Source of the DNA: Phoronis australis
Taxonomy: Eukaryota > Animalia > Phoronida
NCBI GenBank assembly: GCA_002633005.1
Contig: NMRA01000132.1
Location: forward strand, 802,585 to 866,584
Length of the DNA: 64,000 bases
Direction: 5' to 3'
Both the position numbers and the translations under genes were made by a program. Every line of letters starts with the position of its first letter. The stretch's first letter is position 1. Shown piece after piece: positions 1 to 13,891 of this stretch. Under the pieces are notes generated by a model. The model made no database searches. It was not told the origin of the DNA and saw only the letters and a program-made list of their open reading frames with translations.

Positions 1-3000
1 ACATGGATATGGGGATGTAAACATGAGGTGAGTGTCTACTCTACAAGTTCTACCTTGAAATTGGTTTATCCGTAATCACTGTGGGTTTGGTCATTTTGTT
101 AACAATCAACTAAATAATTTGACATTGATGTAAAAATTTGTAAACAATCCGAATAATGCCTTAGGTTCATAAGTTAGTGAGAGGGCACTTAATCTGAACC
201 ACACAGTCGCCTGGGTCACCTATGACCTTCAAAATTGAAATCCACCGACCGAAAATTTAAACAATTTGTCACAAGGCTAGTTTCTGATGCTGACGCGAAA
301 GTTAAATCAGTGCTCTCTTACTGGCATGTGTATTCTGGGAGCTAAGAAATTAAACTCGAGAAAGGAGAAAATAAGTAAGTGTTGAAAAAATATCAGCCAC
401 CCTTTAAGACTGACACTTCATCTGGTGGACATCAAAGTCATTGAAGATGCAATGTTAGATAAATCTAAGAACAAACTCCGTCCTTTCATCCAGATTTTAC
501 GTCTCAGATGGTTGAAAAAATCTGGTTGTGTGTTTCTTTTTCAGGGCTGCACTATGAAGCCAAGAATGAAAGCTGTAAATAAATATCTTGTAAACTGTAG
601 TCATGAAACGTTAGGTGAGCTAAATTTTGTGCTTGCAATCTTTGTTTTGATTAAAAAATTGTTGAAATTTTGTTTTCTTATTATGGATTTTGATTTGGCT
701 ATGGTAAAAGCTACGTCACTGGAAAAGTAAATTTAAATCCTCAAGAAAGTAGCTAAAATTAATTTTTGTGCTGTGAAATGTTGGCAATTTTTTAACAAGA
801 AGATGTTTTTTAAGCAAAGTAGTTGACGATGTGAGATCACTTTTCCATTCTTAATTTGAGAGTCTCTGCCAAATCTCTTTGAAACATTACTTTTATCCTG
901 AGGCTCCTGGCTATTGGATTAATTTTGGTTACACTTTGTTTGTGTGAAGTTTTCTCTTTGATTAGAAGTCATTCTCCAATTCCATTGCCATTTAGCTTAG
1001 AGGTGATCCCCATAGAGGCTTAGAATTTTGGGGATGGTTGTAAGTCATGGGTGTTGTTCACAAACAATAAGCCTTTGGAAATTATGAAAGTAGTTCTTTG
1101 TTAACCTTGCCTTAACCACACAGCTGTTTCAGTTGGGCTGTGTAACTACTAAACAAAGCTTAACATTGGGTTATGGTCTTGGCTGAGGAGACAATTGATT
1201 TATTACCTGGGAATGGGGATTGTTCCACAAATTTGTTGAATGTGTCATGATTGGGAGCATCGGAACTGAAATATCCAGTTGTTTTGTGCTGAATGTTGTG
1301 AGCTGAAATATAAGTACTGTATAGAATTTTTTATTTTATTTACTTCTGGGTTTTTTGTGGCTGGCTTGAACCTTTTCTAGCTTTCACCCATTTGTTGTAG
1401 GTAAAACCTCATGGGCTCTGTCTGAGGCATCTAACGGTACTAAACCAAAGTTGATATTCACTGAGAATGAGACAAACTCAAAGAAGTTATTTGGTGTTGA
1501 CAACTATACTACTTATACTAAAGACGCATTCCACAGGCATGTGATTGATGGTTAGTAATCAGCTTTACTGTTAGACAATGTTAAATCACCCACATCTCTT
1601 CCATCCGTCATCTATTCGCACATCTGTCATTACCTTTGCTTGTCTGGTAATTTTATCATAAATCAGTTGATTTTTGAAATAGCTGTGCCATATTGAAATT
1701 CACTATCCCGCCAGATGGCAATTAAGTCTTTTTTGGACAGGCATTCAGCACCACCTACAGATCCCATGTAATAGTAATGATAGGTTTCAACCTGTGGGTG
1801 CAAAAATCGTTTGAATGCCTTTCCTGCTATCATAATGCCGGCAAATTTTCACTGCTGTGTGTTGGGATGTAATAAGGCAAACCTTCTGAAATACCAATGG
1901 ATGAACAGGGACATGTTTCATACATTTCCCACTGTGAAGAAGAATCCGCGACAAAGCCAGTGGCTGCCTCTGATTCAGCGGGAGAATATTTGATCCTGCC
2001 CGGTGTCAAAAAGCTAATTATAAATTAGTCAACTTATACTAATCAAACGGTGGGAATGGCTGACTGTGGAATTTATTTTTCTGCTATGCCTTTTAAATTA
2101 ATAAACCACTATATAGTGGTTGAATTTCTGTCCACCAAATCTGAGTCGGCATCAAACGGAAGCCACTTTCATGTTCTCATTACTCTAGAGAGCGCCAACA
2201 TGAAAAGTCAGCTATTCTCATTCAACTGACAGCTTCAATTGCTGTTAGTGCATGAATGATAGCATTTGAATTCAAATTTATTGAACATTCATCAGTCACA
2301 TTGGTTTTATTTCTTTTTCCTAAGCCCAGTAATCACTTCTTGCACATTTTTACCAATTTTTGAGTGATCTAGTAATAAAGATAGTGTTATGGAGGTGGAT
2401 TGAAACTGTGACCAAGAATTTTCTGAGAGCTAGAATTTTGATTCATTATGAATCATGTATGGCAGATTACCAACTTGTTATTCTCAGAATTTGAACAAGC
2501 AAGCATTTAGGGTAAATGCTTTCTGTTTTTGTTATTGTTTGAAGTTATGACGTGACAAACGTGTTGAAACTTAGATGTCATTGTGTTTTGATTTGAGCTA
2601 GTATACGTTAATTGCACCTAGATAACAAAACCACAGCAGAGATTGTACCTTCCCATTTTAGATATTGCATCCTGGGTTCATATTGATAACAGTATATGTA
2701 TTGCATGTTGTAATGTCAACTTCATTAATTAATAATTCTGGCTCGTTGCTATTTACCAATGTTTAGGTGAGAAAGATGCTGTCAACCCTGCTGGCAGGGG
2801 AACTAAGGCAGGTGGTCACTATGTGCTGAGGGTGGCCGCCGGTCACTCAGTAGTAGTCAAGGTCAGACTGTTTCAAGATGAGGAAGATCCAGGCAGTTAT
2901 TTTGATGATGATCATTTTGAGGCTGTCTTCAAAGAACGAGTGAAGGAAGCAGACGAATTCTACAATACTGTAAGTGAGTAGATTATAGTTACTGTTGGTA

Positions 3001-6000
3001 ACTATTGTGTAACTTTGTTCATTTTCATACTGTGTTGACACTGTATTTACACCTGTATTTTTGCACTGTGTTTACCAGTGTTACAATACTGTATGTGAGT
3101 AGATATAGTTTGTACACCGTTGGTAACTACTATGTAACTTCACTCATTGTCTTACGGTGTTCACACTGTATTTACACCATTTTTACACATCATTTACATC
3201 TTGTTTACACTGTCTTTACCAGTGTTACAATAAAACAAATTGGAATGGCTATCTCATTTATTTTGTTGTTCTTGAAAGTAGACTTCATTTATTTATCCAA
3301 TGAAGACGCCTATTCGTCAGTGGACGAATTTTCTAGAAAATGAACTTTATTTATTATTTATTTTTCCACTTACCTGATGAGGCCTACTCATCAATGGTGA
3401 AACTGCTTAACACTTGCAACTGTTGTTTCACAAACATCATCTGAAGACACATACTAAGGGGAGATGCTTTGAATAGTTTTAAGGTGAAGTCATCTGATGT
3501 TACCTTTTACATACTGGATCATCAATAATGTGATTAGCGCTTATCGTCTCCTCGCCCTTCTATCCTGACAGCACGTGACAAGATATAGCTACTAGGCTGA
3601 AGGGATCTGTGAACTAGTGGTTTTTCACCTTTTTAATGAACGCTTTTGTATAGTGTGGCAGGTATTCCACACTGTCTCCCCGAATAAATATATCACGCCT
3701 GGTTGTCGTAATCGGACAACCTGCTGTTGTAGGTGATACCGCTTATGAGTGACCAAGAGCAACAGATTGCTCGCCAAGCATACGCTGGCTTGCTGTGGAC
3801 CAAGCAGTTCTATCATTACATCATCAAAGACTGGCTTCATGGAGATGTGGACCAACCCCAGCCGCCTGAATCTCGTCTACAAGGTCGTAACGCCGAGTGG
3901 ACTCACCTGTTCAACAGAGAAGTGATCTCCATGCCTGACAAGTGGGAGTATCCCTGGGTAACACTGTTCTGTTATACTTTGCACTGATTTGTAATTAAAC
4001 AAGTTATTACAATTAACATTACTTAGTGGTGGTTGTAAATGAGATGTAACACGCAGGTGGTTGTCTGTATTATTCTTTAGTGTTTTTTGTGTGTTCATAA
4101 ATTGCATGATAATAGCCTAGTACTGAATGAAAGTTGTTTGTTAATGAAAGTACATGATATTAGCTTAGCACTGAATGAATGCTATGTGTTCATGAAAGTT
4201 CATAATTATAGCCTAGCACTGAGCAATTGTTGTGTGTTTATGAAAGTCTATGGTGATTGCTAGCACTGAACGATTGTTGTGTGTTTATGAAAGTCTATGA
4301 TGATTGTTCAGCCCTGAATGACAGTTGTGTGAGCAGAGTCTATATTGATACCTAAATTTGCCTAAAATCTTCCTGGTATGTGAACCATGAATTATTTAAC
4401 AAATAAACTCATTTATTCTCTTTTTATTATGCTTTAATAGCGAAGTGAGTTATCCTTTCTTTTCTGTCCATTTCAGTACGCCTCATGGGATCTTGCGTTT
4501 CACATGATTCCGTTTGCCCACGTTGACATTAAGTTCGCCAAGGACCAGGTGTTGCTGTTCCTTCGAGAGTGGTATATGCATCCAAATGGACAGGTTATTG
4601 ATATTTGCGTGTTATCATTTACCTTATCAAGTTAATAGAGATTTGCCTCAAGACATTTTGTAATTTCCATAAAGATTTCTTTTGTTGACTGCGGAACCTT
4701 GTATCAGACGCTTTGACTTTATCGATGTAATAGTGCAGTTCATATCGTTTTCTTGGATATTAGCCCAGTCTGTGTGTTTGCTGCTGGTCAGCTATGACCA
4801 CAGTGATAAGTTAAATGTAATAAATTATGGTTTGGCTAAAACTATTCCTTGAAAACATTGTATAAATGATAAAATAATACCGCTCTTGTTGTGATCTTAG
4901 GCCATGAAATAATGCATTTTCTGGTAACAACTGAAAATCCAGCAATCCTGAATATAAGGCCATACTTTAACATATAGTCATGGCCTTATATACAGGGTTT
5001 CACAGTAAACCCTATTTGATATATAGTAGGTGATTATGGAAATAAGTCTTTTAATATTTCACAAATATTACTGGTTGTTGTTTTTTTACGAATCATTGTT
5101 TTTACGTCACTGAAAGGTTAAGTGATTACCAAAATTTATATCACCAGAGTAATGATAGCCGAACCAACTCATTGATCAGCCAATCAAAGTCATGTTCTCT
5201 CTAGGGAGAAATCTGTGTCACTTTTATCTAACTGCTTATGGTTCATTCCCGTTGTTATGCCTTTACACACTGGTTGAAAATGGCACCAGTCGTGACTGAT
5301 ACCGGCTAGTGGATTATGTTATCCTTCTCCTGCTAGATTCCAGCGTACGAGTTCGCCTTTGGTGATGTCAACCCCCCGGTCCATGCTCTGGCTGCTCTCC
5401 ATGTGTGGCGCAAGTCAGGCCCCAGGGGGGCTAGGGACCATACTTTTCTGGCCAGGTGTTTCCAGAAGCTCATACTCAATTTCACATGGTATGTCAATTA
5501 CTATTCTCTTTTCATGTCAATTTTATTGCATTCGGTGAATTAACTAATTTCACATGCATTTAGCAGACTGCATGTTATGATCTTAGTTTTGTCATGTTTT
5601 GTTCGTCTGTGAATATGGGCTCCTTAGCCTCATTCTGGTTACCAGAAGCATGTAGTCATCTGGCTTTGTGTAAACTAGAAACGGTCAAATTTCTGACTGC
5701 ATTGACTTCCTTATTTGTTAACTGACTAAGTTGCCTAGCCTGTTAGATGCTTCTTTTTGCATTTGTAGAGACAGTGTGTTGTTTTGTTGTTATTCTGTGC
5801 ATAGTCAGTTATTCGGAATCTTGTAACTTTTTAATGTCTCTAAAGGAGAGCGCATACGGGAATCTGTGAGCTGAGCTGTTGTTGTCATGTGAACTCATAA
5901 CTCAGCTCATTACTCAGTAAAGCAGGGCTTGGAATTTTCCGCGGAAACGCGGATTTCCGCTTTTTTGTGCTTTCCGCTTTTTTATAATATTTCCGCGTAA

Positions 6001-9000
6001 AAAAGTCGGATTTGATATAAAATTTCCGCAGCAAATTCCTTTCTTACCGCGGCGTTGCAGACGACGTTCACCGCAAAAAGCGGAAGTTGCTCTTTATGTT
6101 CGGAGGAACGTAAATTGTCAACATTGCCGGGGCATCTGGGATAGCGTGGTGTGATTTTCAATGGCGTCTCGCTCTGCAGCCAAAAATGTGTGGGTTGGGA
6201 GTAGACGGGCGAGCTAAAAAAACGCAGACGCATGCTACTGATGGTGGTAACGTTTTTCGTTTTTTTTTTGTTTTTTTTTATTTAGTCCTCCCGATTTTTG
6301 TTGGGGAAAGGTTCACATTGACCAGTCCTAGGCTGGTTATCGGGCGATGATTTGGGCCGTAAAAGTTTCAAAGTTTCCGCGTTTTTTGTCATTGGTCATT
6401 CCAAGCCCTGGTAAAGGTTACCTGCACACACCAAACAAAATGCTCACTGATCTTTTCATTACGTTCATTGTAAGCAGGGTAAATGTAATACACACCACTA
6501 CAATGAGCCCGAGTGAGAGATTTGTAATTGTCAGGTGATTCAATAATAAATTTTCATTGGTTGCCGAAGGTAATCTGCTATGTACTTAGCTCACCTAGCC
6601 CACATGCTGGTAAGGATTTACACAAGGTAAAAGAAAACCACCTAGTAAGAATTCGCTTCACCAATTCCGCCAATATAATACAGTTACGGTGACATTTATG
6701 CATGCCAGAGCATATAAATTATCAAGCAAGTTGACCTACTTTTGTTTGTTGTCCACTACTGTAGACTTAATGACCCAATTCAGTTCAGATTGACAGTTGA
6801 CTCAGGCATGTGACATCAGTTTTTGGAACAGTAGTCCATATTCGCACCTCATGACGCGAAACTAGAGAAAACTGTTTGGGGGCTAATGATCAGTTCAGAA
6901 GAAAATGACCCAAGAAGGAAAATAGATGAGCAGTGAACTGGAGAGAATCAGCTTAGAATTAGAGAAAAGTCAGAGAATATCAGTAATTAACAAGTGAGAC
7001 AGTTGAACAAATGTTTTCCCACTTTGTAAGTAATCCCTTTTATAGACAGTGAAGAGGGATACAAGTTTGTGCTTTGCATGAAAGTTGAATTGCTTTCTCA
7101 TCAGCTAAGGAGTAGTTGAAGTGGTTAGGTGCAAACAATCATTGCTTTTTGTCCTCGTATTCTACAGGTGGGTTAATCGCAAAGACCCTGATGGTAAGAA
7201 CCTGTTTTCTGGTGGCTTCCTGGGACTGGATAACATCGGAATCTTTGACAGGTCACGACCCCTGCCAACTGGAGGTCACCTAGAACAGGTACTGGGCATT
7301 TTATAACAAAAATTGCTCACCTACAAAAACTTTCAATGCGTACTAGTGTGGTAGTAGAATTCAGTCATTTATTGTAAAACTACAATTTGAGGTTGGTGAC
7401 ATGTTTTTATTTTTTGTTTTGTGGGACCAGAATGTTGCAATTTCACCATTTTTTTCACAATAAACCTTGCAACCACTGGATACTTAACATAACAATTAAA
7501 CATGAAACATTTACTGTTCGCCAGTACGTGAGTAATTTTACCAGTTCCTGTGAGCAGGTTGATGGTGTAGCTTGGATGGTATTCCACAGTTGCACCATGC
7601 AGAACTGACCAAGTCCATGGTCCTTGTCTGGTAGCTATGGCAACATGACAGAATGTCTACACTTTCTCCTTATTCATCTTTTACATTTTGTGCTAATTAA
7701 ATGTAATTTTTCATTCAAGTTAATGTTCTCTACTTTTTGTGGCTGTTTTTGTTGTTTTCCCTATTAGGAAAACCTTTTTCCTTTACTTTTTATTCATTCA
7801 ATTTTCAACTTTGAAATCAAATTTTATTCACCAGACCAATTGAAGTGGTTAGTGAGAGAATTTTCACTCCTGTCTACTTCCTTGTCACAGGCTGATGGTA
7901 CTGCATGGATGGCATTCTTTTGTTGTGTCATGTTGGACATTGCCTTAGAGTTGGCAGCTGTAGACCCAGTCTATGAGGACATGGCTAGCAAGTTCTTTGA
8001 ACACTTTGTGACTATTGCGGATGCTATCAACAAGTTTGGCAGCAACAACAGTGGTATGTGGTGGAGATTGTTTGTGTTGGTGTCAACTGCTCTTCAAGCA
8101 AATCCAGGCATTGTTTGCATTAAGATCGCCTATTGATGTTGTTTTTATGCTTTGTAAAGTGTATGGTTAATTACTTTGAACCATTAGTTTACTTTTAAGT
8201 TTTCAATGCAGTCGCAACATATGACATCACGTTATGCCTCTGGGAAATTTCAGGAAAGTCTCAGCACGTGCGTAATCTCATTGTGCCTATGTAAGTTTTC
8301 AACATAGTCTGAACACGCATGAGATCATGTCATGCTTGTGAACGTTTTAAATACAGTTGGCTCAACAGGCATGAGATCGTGTTTTAAAATGCTTTTTTCT
8401 TACTCAGGTTTGTGGGACAGCTTGGATAGTTTCTACTATGACCACCTCAGTCTCAATGGGCACAGTTTCCCATTGCGAATCCGCTCCATGGTGGGTCTTG
8501 TACCTCTCTTCACCTGTTTGGTCCTGGAGGAGAGTCGTATGAAGAAATTACCTGGATTTTATAAACGCACGAAGTGGTTCTTGAAGGAGCGAGCTGACTT
8601 AGCCTCTCAGGTGAAATGTTAAAGCAATTGATTTGGAAAAAGAAAACAATTGTATGATAAAATTTGCTGTGAATAGTTTCAAGCCAGTTTAATATCAGAA
8701 GATTACATTATTTATTTTCATAAAAGTCAAGATGGCATAAAATTAGTTAACATGACTTTGAGTTAGTAAGATGGAATAAAAATTATTTGTTCAGTGCTTT
8801 TACAATCAGTTGTATTAAAGTCTCCGGCACACGGTAAAATGTAAATTGGGTGTACCTCTTGCCTGATTTGCGAAAACCTTTGGTTTTAAACATTGAAACT
8901 GTTTCAAGGCTTTAAAGAAAACAATCAGACTAGACTTCCCTATTACTTTGTCATTCAATTGTGAGCAGATCTCCTTCATGACATATGAGAAGAGCAATGA

Positions 9001-11475
9001 AGAGCGCTACCTACTGGCCATTCCAACGCGAGAAAAGCTGGAGCAAGTGTTGAAAGTAGTCCTGGATGAAGAGGAGTTCCTATCGCCATATGGGATACGG
9101 TCACTCTCAAAGGTTAGTGATCTTGAAGAAGGTGATTTCTAGTTTATGGTTTTAAAGTTACAGAGATGGTCACCTAGTAGCATGACTGCCAGCATTTACA
9201 CAATCAAGTTAAGGGTAGTCTGGAATGGTTTATATAAAGCGAGTAGACTTAAGATAATGTTGAGGAAGACATATGTTGAGTGTATTTTGTGTCTTGCAGA
9301 GCTGTGTGTGAACTTTATCTTTATTCTCTTTTTGTTGCTAGTTTCACGAGGAGAATCCCTTTGTGATGCATGTGGGTGGTGAGGAATACTCCGTGTCCTA
9401 TGTACCGGGAGAGTCCAATAGCTACTTGTTTGGGGGAAACAGCAACTGGCGTGGACCTATTTGGCTGTGTAGTAAGGCTTGTGATTCCACTAAATTTTCC
9501 TTGAATTTTTTTGAAATCTGAGTTGATTGATTATAGATAAAGCAACTTTTTGTTTTTCTTACTCAAACCTAAAACAAAAATTAACAACATAAATTAAAAA
9601 CGATTTTAAGAACCATTCCCATTTACCGTCATTTTCACAAGCATTAACTGTTCATTGATCTCCTCTCTAGAAAAAAGTGGATGAAAATTTTGAACGTTTT
9701 TTTACCAGATTAACTTTTATGTTCGGTTAAAAGTGTTCATAATTTATCGTTGTGTTCTGTGATGACAGTAAAAACGTAAATTTTTGTGTGGACAAAATCA
9801 GGCAATTTTTGGTCTGTTGGTAGACACTCAATCAAAAAACTAACTAGTAGCTAAATCTGTTGATCATATTGGCAAAAATTTCTTATTTATGGAAAAATTT
9901 GCTCAGAAAAATCTAAATTTTCTAATGTTTGTGAACTTTGATACATTACATCCTAAGGAAAGTTTTGTACTTATTCATTGTAAATAATATACGTGCACGC
10001 TGCATTGTATTATTGTTTCATCTGACTTGTAGCTATTCATGCTAGAGTGAAATGAAAAAAAATCAAAAAATTCTATCAATTGTTCTATAATGCTACATTG
10101 TCAGTCCTATCCATTTTTAGTGAACTACTTGGTGGTACGGTCCCTGCAGCGCTATCATTATTACTATGGCGACAGTCTCAAGGTCGACTTCCCAACAGGC
10201 TCTGGTAATCAGCTGACGCTGAACGAGGTGGCTAAACAACTGTGCGCCCGAATGACTAGACTGTTCTTACCCGATGATCAAGGTCATCGCCCTTGTCATG
10301 GTAAACATTTGACATCTTGTGCATTGTAAATGTATAAACAGGTCAACATTCCTTACTGCTGTACCATCATCAATGACTAAGGTGCATCAAAATGCTGACC
10401 TCTGATTGGTCAGAACTAACTTGGTTAGGTTGTTGTACAAAAATGTGTCTTTTGGGGTGTGTTACATGAACATAGCTCCAGCAAGGTCTTTACATTTTTA
10501 TTTATTGACATTTTTATTGACAATGCCAACTCTTTATAGGTGAGTCTGAGAAGTATGCTAAGGACCCCTTTTGGAAAGATATGATACTATTTTACGAGTA
10601 CTTTGATGGAGACTCTGGACGTGGCTGTGGGGCCAGGTAGTGTATGGTGGTCACATTTTGAGGCTGTTTGTTGTTCTCAGTTGATACAGCTTTCTGGTGG
10701 GGTTTACCTAGTACGTAGTGAATCGAAGGCAGTGTAAAATGACATCAGGCAAAGTGGAAGCATAAGGAACATTTTACAAACTACACCTTTGTAACGCTGT
10801 GAAGTCACGACAGCATCTACCGCATGACTCAGTTTCTAATCCAGGTTTGCAAGATGAGATGTACATTTTTGTGCGAATTGTTTGATATCCCACCGCAGAG
10901 CAGTGGTAATTTGACAACACTGTGGTCTCAAGGAAGTAAATGCTGGAAAATTATGAAATATACCACTGCACTGAATACATACAAGAATGCAAAATGGTGA
11001 ATACTGAATATCCAATCGTCATCTGGGTATAACATGTGTTTCATCATGTAACGGCTATATTGGAAAATAACTGTTTATGTTTTCTCTACTTCATGAGTGG
11101 ACTGACCACAAACATAATGAAAGAAACTGCAAATGACTTTGATATAATGAAGAAATGCTATTCTTTTTCTATATTCTATGAAAGTTGACCTTAAAAATAG
11201 ATGCTAATTGCTTCATAATATTTAGAGCTGCCTTTCATGGTACTAACATTGTGACTGAGGTTTCTAATATTAAGTGGTTTAGTCTTTACTATTGATTGCA
11301 TAGATTGAGATCAACGTTATTTGTAGCACATTGATCCCTTTGTACTTCTTGTATAGTCATTGTTTTGGTCAGCATGCTAAGATGGTTTGAATGCATTATA
11401 TTTCTTTTCAGTCATCAAACAGGTTGGAGTGCTGTGATAGTAAATTTCCTGGAAACTTGTGCAGAGGCGTCCTAA
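1..11475 (+). CDS. Glycoside hydrolase family 63 (MGH1 / YMR196W-like) glucosidase, 5'-truncated by the window edge; 15 exons
   Basis: GT-AG exons 1-27, 545-614, 1401-1550, 2767-2969, 3733-3957, 4477-4593, 5337-5488, 7168-7288, 7891-8053, 8408-8610, 8969-9112, 9342-9471, 10121-10300, 10540-10636, 11412-11475 (TAA); 2046 nt, phases consistent. Motifs: [123 protein letters not shown]. Confidence 0.93.
1835..2010 (+). pseudogene. Truncated THAP zinc-finger coding remnant, probably from a DNA transposon, in a GH63 intron
   Basis: [14 protein letters not shown]...FHTFP...[13 protein letters not shown] matches the THAP N-terminal pattern (C-x-V-x-G-C-x, FHxFP, R..W...I.R). The frame stops at 1993, before the CxxHF motif. 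Confidence 0.6.
2961..3231. repeat. Diverged tandem duplication (about 120-150 bp unit) spanning a GH63 5' splice site
   Basis: tacaatactgtaagtgagtagat... (2961) recurs as tacaatactgtatgtgagtagat... (3082); both copies end in tttaccagtgttacaata. Confidence 0.75.
4106..4331. repeat. Diverged 47-48 bp minisatellite, about 5 copies
   Basis: Recurring unit like tagcctagcactgaatgaNNgttgtgtgtttatgaaagtNNa. Confidence 0.75.
5923..6410. mobile_element. Non-autonomous hAT-like MITE with 6-bp TSD
   Basis: 13-bp TIRs CAGGGCTTGGAAT / ATTCCAAGCCCTG; GTAAAG on both flanks; subterminal TTTCCGC repeats. Confidence 0.8.
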
Positions 11476-13891
11476 TCTCAACTGTGTTGAAGATACAACA
11501 GAGTTTACAAATATCAATATCGGTGTGTTCCCTTTATCCTCTCATTTGGTCTTTAGCTTTCGTCATTTGGATGGATAGAGGGAGATGTTTTTTACAAAGT
11601 TATGATAATTAAGATAATAGAAAATTAGCATTAGCGTGGTTATATTAGTGACACTTGTATTGTGAGAATTATAACTAACACACCACTGGTGAAGTCAAGA
11701 TTGCACAATTATAGTAAAACATGGAAGATCTCTAATTTTTTATTGATAGTGTTAGGCTTGTTACTTTCTTAGCAATTGTGTGTCATGAGTCAGTACTGAC
11801 GTTGAGTGTTTCATAGGAATATTGTCTAGCTTCTGGAGTAGGCATTGTTTATGTGGCAAGAAACTGTGTGCGGGCTTTCAAGCTGTTTCAGGTAAAGAAG
11901 TAGGAAAAGAGAAAGATTTATTTTGAACAAAAAATATGAGTGAAGTGGGAACTGTCGGGCTAAAAGTAGGAAAAGGTAGGCTAAGAAGAGACCTTTAGAA
12001 GTAGCATACTGTCAAAGGTGATCACAGGTGCTCCCCCCATTTCATTCAGTGCGTACTGCACTTGTGTACTGTCAGCAAAAAAGCATTTCTATTCTTAGGT
12101 TTTCGGTGATCCTGTGGCATGAAATAACACTCATCTCAGGTTCTTTGGTTTTAGAAAACAATGGATGTGATCACAACTAACTACATGGAGTTGTTGCAGA
12201 GAAGCGACACCTCAGGTCGCTGGTTAACAACACAGGAGTTGAGAGTAATTCCAGCTCTTTCACAGCTAAGAGAAACACATTTTGCACAATGTTTGTGATG
12301 AGCCAAAAACAAAATATGGGCAAGATGAAGCAATAAACTGTTAGTTCAAGTCAGAGACATGAGGTATTGTTATTGGTCTTGCGTGGTTCCTTAGTCCGTT
12401 TAGAAGTGATTTCTGGGCTCGGGAAGAGAAGACAGTTCGCTATTTCAGTTTGGACCAAACTCATCAAACATTAGGTCGCAGCTTGATGAAATAAACTGTC
12501 TGTTCTTTTATAGCTCAGAAATCATTCCTCGTCTGAATAAGCAACAATTTGAGACCACTTTTATAATCATGATAAGTGACCTAAATAAATAACTTGTTTT
12601 TTACAGAAAGTACGGATTCAGTGCCATTGTATTTGCAGATTCACCCTCTATCTACTGGTAGTGGGTAATAGTTTACTTATCAATTAGTTGTGACTGGGCC
12701 CTCACGAGGGTTTGAAATGTGCTCTGTGTTACATATGTTGCAATTTACAAGTAACACAGTTTGCCTAACAGATCTGAAATGACTACTGGCCATTGCAGAA
12801 AGATAACACTGCTTGATGTTTGAATGTAAAGTAGAACAAGTAGTATCGCTTGAAAGCTTGTGCTGGTTACCACATTTTATGTATTTCTGGAGAATGAGTT
12901 GTCTGAGCAAATAGATAATGAAGTTAGCTGTTTTTTCAACAAGAGCCATGTGAAGATGATGGTGTAGTTATGCAGAACTAATAATTTAGTTGTTGTGGAA
13001 TATTCAGACATGCTTTGTCTTGTGAACGAGTGCAATTATGTGTTTCATGAAGCATATACTGTTAATTTTTGCGCTTGTTCATGAACCGTATGAAGCCATA
13101 TCATTGGTAGCTATACAGTAGGGTGTGATGTAGTACTTCTGTGGATGACTCTTGTCTCAGTGTTAGTAATCAATTTTTAGAGCGAGAAATTTGAGTAGCA
13201 ACACCTCTCCTGTATGATAAGATTTGATATCCCAAGATTTTTATGATCTTTGCTTGTCACCGACCATGTAGATAGTTTGATAGCTCATCACTGTCTGCTG
13301 TTGGTTTACAAGTCAGTCGGCTCTTTCCAGTATTGTCTTTTCTCTGCACATGAGCACACAAGATGGGATTTTGCATCTCACCTGGATTTTATGTCTATAA
13401 TTTTAACATTTTATATGCTGGATTTTATTTTTCTTTAATAAGGTTAACATTTTATTTGCAGGATTTATATGTATAGTTTTAACATTTTATATGCTGGATT
13501 TTATTTATCTGTAATTTTGACATTTCATATCCCTTTTATGCACTCACATATACATACGGTATGTGGGCGCGTACTGCCGTCATCTGTCCGGGAGTCTGGC
13601 ATCCGCTCCTGTATCCCCTAAATCTATTGCAGGATCCCAATGAGATTTGGCAGCTGTGTTTCTATGAAGCTAACAGCAAATGAGGATGACTGAACAGACT
13701 ACCACTGTGCCCCCTAGTGACAATTTTATTGTTAAGTTTATATTTCCCTCTGCATCTTCATAGTTCCTTGGTAGATTTTCATGAAATTTGGCAAATATGT
13801 TACCGTATCCATTAAAGCTGCATTTCGTTTGCCTCTGGGTGTTGCATCTCCTAATCCCCTTACAAGATCTTCATGTAATTTCACAAGTGTA

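Noticed and set aside
3374-3410. Hammerhead-like CTGATGA...GAAAC
   Set aside because: Stem II is out of register and there is no convincing stem I, stem III or cleavage triplet.
1-11475. Bacterial contamination or recent horizontal transfer for the GH63 gene
   Set aside because: It has many canonical introns containing host-type repeats and is contiguous with animal housekeeping genes.
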